A stretch of 64,000 bases of DNA from Phycisphaerae bacterium. GTDB lineage: Bacteria > Planctomycetota > Phycisphaerae > UBA1845 > Fen-1342. Both the position numbers and the translations under genes were made by a program. Where the stretch lies: assembly GCA_963666925.2 (NCBI GenBank), contig CAXXTC010000005.1, forward strand, positions 32,001 through 96,000. The letters are read 5' to 3'. The notes beneath the pieces were generated by a model. That model had not been told where the DNA came from. It did no database searches and was given only the letters and a program-made list of their open reading frames with translations. Shown one piece after another: positions 58,909-64,000 of this stretch. The stretch's first letter is position 1. Every line of letters starts with the position of its first letter.

Positions 58909-60480
58909 TCAAGAGCAGTGGCACGCGGCGCGAACGCGATCGGTCAACTCGCGCAACGTGTCGTAGGGATGCAGCGCGAAAAAGTACGTGCGATCGCGGG
59001 CCAATTCGTCCTGTGCGAGTTGCTCAGTCAGCGTGGCGACGCGCTGCTCGCAGCGCATTACGGACGCCTCCTCGGTCGCCAGCATGCGCTCGTTGATCTG
59101 CCGGATTTGTGCGAACACCGCCCGGCGGACCTGATGATCTTGCGGCCGGTCGCGTTTGAGTGATTCCGACTCGCGCACCAGCGCGGCGCGTTGCGCGACC
59201 AGCTCAGCCGGTGGCGTGTCGAGTTGTCGTTGTGGATTGCAGTGCAAGTCGCGCAGCTCGCGGCGAGCAGCGTTCACGTCACGATGGGTAACGCGATTCA
59301 GCGGCAGCGGCAAGTGCAGCGTGGCGCTGATGCAAGCAGCGGGTGCGGGCGCTACGCCCCACACCTCGCGGGCGAAATCCTCCATGACCTCGTCGTACCG
59401 GGCTCCGCCGATGCCGTGCACGAAAACGTCCGCCAGCAGCAGCCGGGCGAAAGCCGACAGCAGCAACGCCCGCGGGCGCAGCTTCCAGCCGGTCTGTTCG
59501 AGCGGCCCGGGCTGGGCGTGGTAGGCGGCGCGGGCGATTTCGTCGCGTGGCAGCGTGATCGCGAATTCGTCGCCAGCCCACAGCTCCAGCCAGGAGGCGG
59601 CGGGCCGAACGAAGAGCCGTTGGCGCACACGGCCGGGGGGTGTGATCCAAACCGGCAGTTCGACGCGCTCGTGGTCGATTGCGAGTGGTGGCACGGGTCG
59701 GGCGGCGACACGCACGCAATGGCGCTGGCGATATGACGACTGGGCCGCGTTGTACGCCTGCGCCGCCGAACGTGCATTCAGCATCAGGTGTGCCAGCAGT
59801 GCATGGAACTCGGGCGTCTGCGCCAGGGCTGAAATACGCAGCGTGCGGATGTCGCGCAGGCCGAGCGTTTCCTCGGTCGCGGTTTGTGCTCGTATGAACG
59901 CGGTGCAGAAATCGACCACGGGCCCGGTCGTCGCCAGCCACGCGCTGGAATATTCGCGCAACATGGACCGCCCGTAGAACGGGTACACATTGGCGATGCG
60001 GGCGAAGAAATCGAGCCAGTCTTCGCGCAGCAGCGTGGGCTGATCCTCGGCGGGTTGTTTCAGATCGCAGCCGGGGATGTCGATCGGCACGCACTGCGCA
60101 GCGCCGCCGGCCGCGCGCGGCACGATTAGCTGCCGCGTTTTGGGCAGGTCGGAATCGACCAGCAGGAACACGGCCGACCCACTGGTCTGCTGGGCCAACT
60201 CGTGGGCGGCGATGTCTTTGGCAAGCACGCCGGCGTGAAAAAACTCCACCTGATGGCCGCTAACCACGATCGGTCCGGACAAATGCAGCCGGGCCCGCAG
60301 ACTGCTGCGCAGCGCACCGAGCGTGCTGTCCGGCACCGCGCCGCGCTGCGGGGCCGAGCTGAGATGCTCACGCAGTGCATCGAGCAATCGGCGCGGCGCC
60401 GGCTCGTGGAGCACGTCCAGGTGCTCGGGCGGCGTTTGCAGCCGATCGTAGCTAATCAGTCGGCGCATGAGCAGCGGCAT
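58909..60480 (-). CDS. Distant BshC-like protein (putative ligase)
   Basis: VVSGHQVEFFHAGVLAK, LVDSD, LRPRAL, FVHGIGGARYD, C-terminal coiled coil; resembles the BshC layout by eye. Confidence 0.55.
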   Translation of the reverse strand: MPLLMRRLISYDRLQTPPEHLDVLHEPAPRRLLDALREHLSSAPQRGAVPDSTLGALRSSLRARLHLSGPIVVSGHQVEFFHAGVLAKDIAAHELAQQTSGSAVFLLVDSDLPKTRQLIVPRAAGGAAQCVPIDIPGCDLKQPAEDQPTLLREDWLDFFARIANVYPFYGRSMLREYSSAWLATTGPVVDFCTAFIRAQTATEETLGLRDIRTLRISALAQTPEFHALLAHLMLNARSAAQAYNAAQSSYRQRHCVRVAARPVPPLAIDHERVELPVWITPPGRVRQRLFVRPAASWLELWAGDEFAITLPRDEIARAAYHAQPGPLEQTGWKLRPRALLLSAFARLLLADVFVHGIGGARYDEVMEDFAREVWGVAPAPAACISATLHLPLPLNRVTHRDVNAARRELRDLHCNPQRQLDTPPAELVAQRAALVRESESLKRDRPQDHQVRRAVFAQIRQINERMLATEEASVMRCEQRVATLTEQLAQDELARDRTYFFALHPYDTLRELTDRVRAACHCS

Positions 60481-61259
60481 AGCGGGCGGACTTCCTCAAG
60501 ACAAAACCGCGGCTCGCGACACAGCGCACGCAGCAGCACCACCAGGTAATGCTGCAAACGGGCGGCCGGATCATCCAGAGTCGCGCCGAACTCGCGGCTG
60601 GTATCGCGGTAAATGCGGCGTATTGGCAGCTCGCGGATGCGCAGCCCGGCCCGCACACATTGCACCCAGAACTGGAGCGGAAACGCATAGCCCGGCTCGT
60701 CGAGCTGCAAGCGCTGCAACGCCGCCACGCGGTGGGCCTTGAACCCGCAGAACGAATCCGTCAGATTCAGGCCGAGCAACTGATCGAGCAAGTCGGTGAC
60801 GGTGCGGTTGATGCGCCGCCGTTCGGGCGGCGGCGGATCATCGCCCGCGAAATCACACAGGTAGCGCGAGCCGCTGATGATGTCGGCATCATCCCGGCGG
60901 ATGGCGTCGAGAAAGGCCGGCAACTCCTGGGGCTCGTGCTGCTTGTCGCAGTCCATCGTGACGACCCAGTCGTAGCCGCGGCGGGCCGCATAGGCAAAGG
61001 CCGCAATCAGGCTTTGGCCATACCCGCGGTTCTCAGGATGGCGGATGGTGTGGACGTCCGGCCGACGGCGTAGCAGATCAGGCGTCGCGTCGGTCGAGCC
61101 GTCGTCGATTACCAGCACGTCCCGACAGCCTTGCGCACGGACCTGGTCGAGCACACCCAGCACGTGGTCCGCCTCGTTGTGCACCGGAATGGCCAGCAGG
61201 TAACGCAATTCGATCGCTCTTGTTCGGCCTTGTCGTTGACGACTCGATGAGTTTCGCAT
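60456..61259 (-). CDS. GT2 glycosyltransferase (DPM1-like)
   Basis: IPVHNE, IDDGSTD, NRGYG, MDCDKQH, GSRY, DSFCGFK. Confidence 0.92.
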   Translation of the reverse strand: MRNSSSRQRQGRTRAIELRYLLAIPVHNEADHVLGVLDQVRAQGCRDVLVIDDGSTDATPDLLRRRPDVHTIRHPENRGYGQSLIAAFAYAARRGYDWVVTMDCDKQHEPQELPAFLDAIRRDDADIISGSRYLCDFAGDDPPPPERRRINRTVTDLLDQLLGLNLTDSFCGFKAHRVAALQRLQLDEPGYAFPLQFWVQCVRAGLRIRELPIRRIYRDTSREFGATLDDPAARLQHYLVVLLRALCREPRFCLEEVRPLCRCSCAD

Positions 61260-61289
61260 GTGCGATTCTTCGAAGCGTTTCGGGAATTG

Positions 61290-62429
61290 TCAAACAGCGG
61301 TGTCTAACAGCTTGACCGCGTCGGCAGCAATGTCGGCGGCCGCGTCGGGCCGACCCAGCGCCCGGCAGGCATCTCCCAGGTGACGCAAACGCTCCGCGTC
61401 ACCCAACACCTTCCGCACGCGATAACCTAATAAACGTGGGTGGTTTACCTTGATCGCCGCCCCGTGCTCCAGCAGGTAATCACTATTCCGCGATTCCTGC
61501 CCGGGGATCGGGTTCATGATCACCAGGGGTAACCCGCTGGCGAGCGATTCGGACACGGTCAATCCGCCGGCCTTGCTGACCGCTAGGTCGGCGGCCGCCA
61601 TCCACTCGTGCATCTGCTCGGTGTACCCGACCACGCGCAGGGGGCGGCGCCGGCGTGCCGCCAGCCGATCTACCCGGGCCCGCAGCCGCCGATTACGCCC
61701 AACGATGACGACGACCTGCACCTCCTCTGGCAGCATCATCAGTTCGCTGAGCAGTTGTACTACCGGCCCGACGCCGAAAGCTCCGCCGAGCAGGAGCACC
61801 ATCGGCCGATCCGGGTCTAGCTCGCAGCGCTGCCGCGCCACGGGGCGCGACAGCGGCTGGCGGAAACCAGGACGCACCGGAATACCCATGATGCGAATGC
61901 GCTCGGGCGGTACACCCCAACTGGCCAGGTAGGCCTGTCCCTCGGCGGTGGCAACGTAATAGCGCTCGGTGGGCTCCTGGATCCACATGCGGTGGGTTTC
62001 GTAATCGGTCGTAACGGTCACCTGCGGGCAGTTCAACCGGCCGTGGCGCCGCATCTGGGCGACGAACTCGGCCGGCAGGAAGTGCGTGTTGACGATCAGC
62101 GATGGGCGTCGCTGCCGGACGTAGCGTGTCGTCGGCAACTTGTTCGCGTTCTGGATTGCCAGTCGCGCCGCCTCTTTCAAACGTCCGCGCGGCTGATCCA
62201 TAGCGTCGTAGAGCCAGCCCATGGCCGACGGCATGTGCCGAATCAGCCCCAGGTAGCCGCCCGCGTAGAGTTGTCGAAAGAGCGGGTTGGAGATGGCCAA
62301 TACGTCGACCACTTCGACGTCGGCATGCGGCGCCGCGGCGCGGAGCGCCGGTTCGAGCGCCTGGGCAGCGACGACATGCCCGGCGCCGGCCGAGGCCGTC
62401 AGAACCAGAATCACGTCTTTCCCGGGCAC
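61290..62429 (-). CDS. GT28 glycosyltransferase (MGDG synthase/UgtP-like)
   Basis: GAGHVVAA, NTHFLP, TTDY, GIPVR, SKAGGLTVSE, PIPGQE. Confidence 0.9.
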   Translation of the reverse strand: MPGKDVILVLTASAGAGHVVAAQALEPALRAAAPHADVEVVDVLAISNPLFRQLYAGGYLGLIRHMPSAMGWLYDAMDQPRGRLKEAARLAIQNANKLPTTRYVRQRRPSLIVNTHFLPAEFVAQMRRHGRLNCPQVTVTTDYETHRMWIQEPTERYYVATAEGQAYLASWGVPPERIRIMGIPVRPGFRQPLSRPVARQRCELDPDRPMVLLLGGAFGVGPVVQLLSELMMLPEEVQVVVIVGRNRRLRARVDRLAARRRRPLRVVGYTEQMHEWMAAADLAVSKAGGLTVSESLASGLPLVIMNPIPGQESRNSDYLLEHGAAIKVNHPRLLGYRVRKVLGDAERLRHLGDACRALGRPDAAADIAADAVKLLDTAV

Positions 62430-62472
62430 TTCCTTTATCCCTCGCCAACCGGCCAGTGATGCATACTGCGGG

Positions 62473-62883
62473 CTATCTCCGCCGCGACAAGTCCCGATGC
62501 AGTCTCCGAGCCAGTTTTTCCAGTGATTTCCGGCAGTCCGCCAGTGTCAGGGAAACGCCGACGCGCGGCGCACAGACCAGGTCCAAACCCGCGGGCAGGT
62601 CGTGCTGGCTGAGCCGAAACGCCTCGCGAATTAGTCGTTTCAACAGGTGTCGCCGAACTGCCGGCCCGTGTTTGCGTCCGACAGCCAGCCCCAAACGGCA
62701 GACTGCAAGCCCGTTGCCGACCGCCCACATCGACAGGTGCCGATCCGACGCCCGCACGCCCGTGCGAAAAGCCCGCTCGAAGTCGCGCTGCTGACACATG
62801 CGCGAGCGGCGTCGGTAGCGCAGCCGCACCGGCCCGGCTGAGCGATCGTCGGCCGCAGCGTTGGAGGGGGAGTCGGCCACCAT
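62473..62883 (-). CDS. rnpA: Ribonuclease P protein component
   Basis: RLGLAVGRKHGPAVRRHLLKRLIREAFRL RNR-like motif; start uncertain. Confidence 0.88.
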   Translation of the reverse strand: MVADSPSNAAADDRSAGPVRLRYRRRSRMCQQRDFERAFRTGVRASDRHLSMWAVGNGLAVCRLGLAVGRKHGPAVRRHLLKRLIREAFRLSQHDLPAGLDLVCAPRVGVSLTLADCRKSLEKLARRLHRDLSRRR

Positions 62884-62940
62884 AGCAACTGACATGTTCT
62901 CCGAGACCGCCGTCATGTGCCAGCTTCGTGAATGGACTCG

Positions 62941-63954
62941 TCAAGCGGGCTCCAGCCCGAGTCCGGGGGCCTCGCCCAGGCTGATCACGCTGCCCGCCTG
63001 TGCGATGCCCGTAAACGGATCTTCAGCCAGCAGCAGATGGCCGTCCAGGTCGGCATAGTCGACCAGGGTGGCGATTGTCAGGGCGGGGGCGATGGCTAGG
63101 CCGCTGCACACAAAGCAGCCCAACATGACCTTGAGGCCGAAGCCGCGCGCCAAGGTGATCATGCGCAGCGCCTCGCGAATCCCGCCGCACTTGGTGAACT
63201 TGATGTTGACGCCATCGACCAACCCACGCAGACGAACCACGTCCGCCGGCCGCTGGCAACTCTCGTCGGCCACGATCGGCGCCACACCCAACTGGCACAA
63301 CTCCGCCAGGTGTTCGTCTTCATCCGGTGGCAACGGCTGTTCGATAATCGTCGGGCGGAAACGCTCCAGGGCGCGGATTCGCTCGGGCGCCTCGGCCGGC
63401 GACCAGCCGCAATTGGCGTCGACAAACAGGTCGCCGTCGAACTGCGATCGGATCATCTCGAGGATCTGCTCGTCGTGTTCCAGCCCAACCTTGACCTTGA
63501 GCGCGGTGTAGCCCATGGCCAGAGCCTCGGCGACCTTGCTCTCCATCTCGGCCAGGGGGGCGGCCCCGATGGTGAAGGTGGTCTTCTTGCTGGGCGGAGC
63601 GAGCCCGAGCAAACGCCACACAGGCACACCCAAGCGCCGGCCGCACCAGTCGTACAGGGCCGACTCTATACCCGCCAGCGTCGCCCGCTGATCGTCATGG
63701 GCGGCGATGAGGCGGTCCATGATCGGGTTGATCTGGAAGGGGTCGTCGCCGAGCGTGTCGGCCACGGCCGCCAGCACGCGTTCCGAGTCTTCGAGCGATT
63801 GGCCATAGAGGGCCGACGGCACGATCTCGCCCAGGCCGACGACACCGGCGTGCTCGCACTGCACGACGATGGTCTCTTTTTCGTCGAGCCCGCCCTGCGA
63901 GGTGGCGAAACGGTGGCGCGGCCGGATCAGTTGTCTTTTCCAGCTCAGTTTCAT
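62941..63954 (-). CDS. L-Ala-D/L-Glu (dipeptide) epimerase, enolase superfamily
   Basis: KVKVG, VDAN, IEQP, ADES, NIKFTKCGG, DLDG. Confidence 0.9.
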   Translation of the reverse strand: MKLSWKRQLIRPRHRFATSQGGLDEKETIVVQCEHAGVVGLGEIVPSALYGQSLEDSERVLAAVADTLGDDPFQINPIMDRLIAAHDDQRATLAGIESALYDWCGRRLGVPVWRLLGLAPPSKKTTFTIGAAPLAEMESKVAEALAMGYTALKVKVGLEHDEQILEMIRSQFDGDLFVDANCGWSPAEAPERIRALERFRPTIIEQPLPPDEDEHLAELCQLGVAPIVADESCQRPADVVRLRGLVDGVNIKFTKCGGIREALRMITLARGFGLKVMLGCFVCSGLAIAPALTIATLVDYADLDGHLLLAEDPFTGIAQAGSVISLGEAPGLGLEPA

Positions 63955-64000
63955 TCCATCAGGTGTCCGGGGTCCTCGTCGGCGTACTCGGCGATGACGT
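63951..64000 (-). CDS. 3' end of an upstream CDS (truncated by the window edge)
   Basis: Frame ...VIAEYADEDPGHLME* with an ATGA overlap onto the epimerase start. Confidence 0.6.
   Translation of the reverse strand, partial: VIAEYADEDPGHLME

Overview
A high-GC, gene-dense bacterial chromosomal window of about 59 CDSs. It is most consistent with Planctomycetota, class Phycisphaerae; this is inferred from TTQP/ATQP linkers, a dockerin-like C-terminal domain, GGCP-type lipoboxes, a PEP-CTERM protein and GTGG-type REP palindromes. The left 38 kb is housekeeping and cell-envelope genes: TPR proteins, clpS, ribBA, ribE, pdxA, a NatAB-like ABC transporter with a CPBP fusion, a heme-motif histidine kinase, TolC, pabB-pabC-NIF3-PPIase, pepA, ychF, a DUF2961 protein, an acyl-CoA dehydrogenase, a VWA/collagen lipoprotein and a secreted serine protease. 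From 38.5 to 49.8 kb lies a group 3d NAD-coupled [NiFe]-hydrogenase locus (hypCDEAB, hoxFUYHW, no hypF in view), flanked by a sensor-less hybrid kinase and a translationally coupled CheY-like regulator, with a heavily structured hoxF leader. The right end has lipid/LPS-core genes and an operon of epimerase, rnpA, GT28, GT2 and a BshC-like protein. I found no tRNA, rRNA, CRISPR array, integrase or transposase. The most notable observations are the hydrogenase regulatory architecture, a gene-direction-independent GC-skew flip near 38-40 kb, a REP element in frame inside pabB, probable pseudo-enzymes (GH172-like protein, LPS kinase) and the BshC-like operon. All calls rest on motif recognition by eye; no searches were run and several start codons are best guesses.
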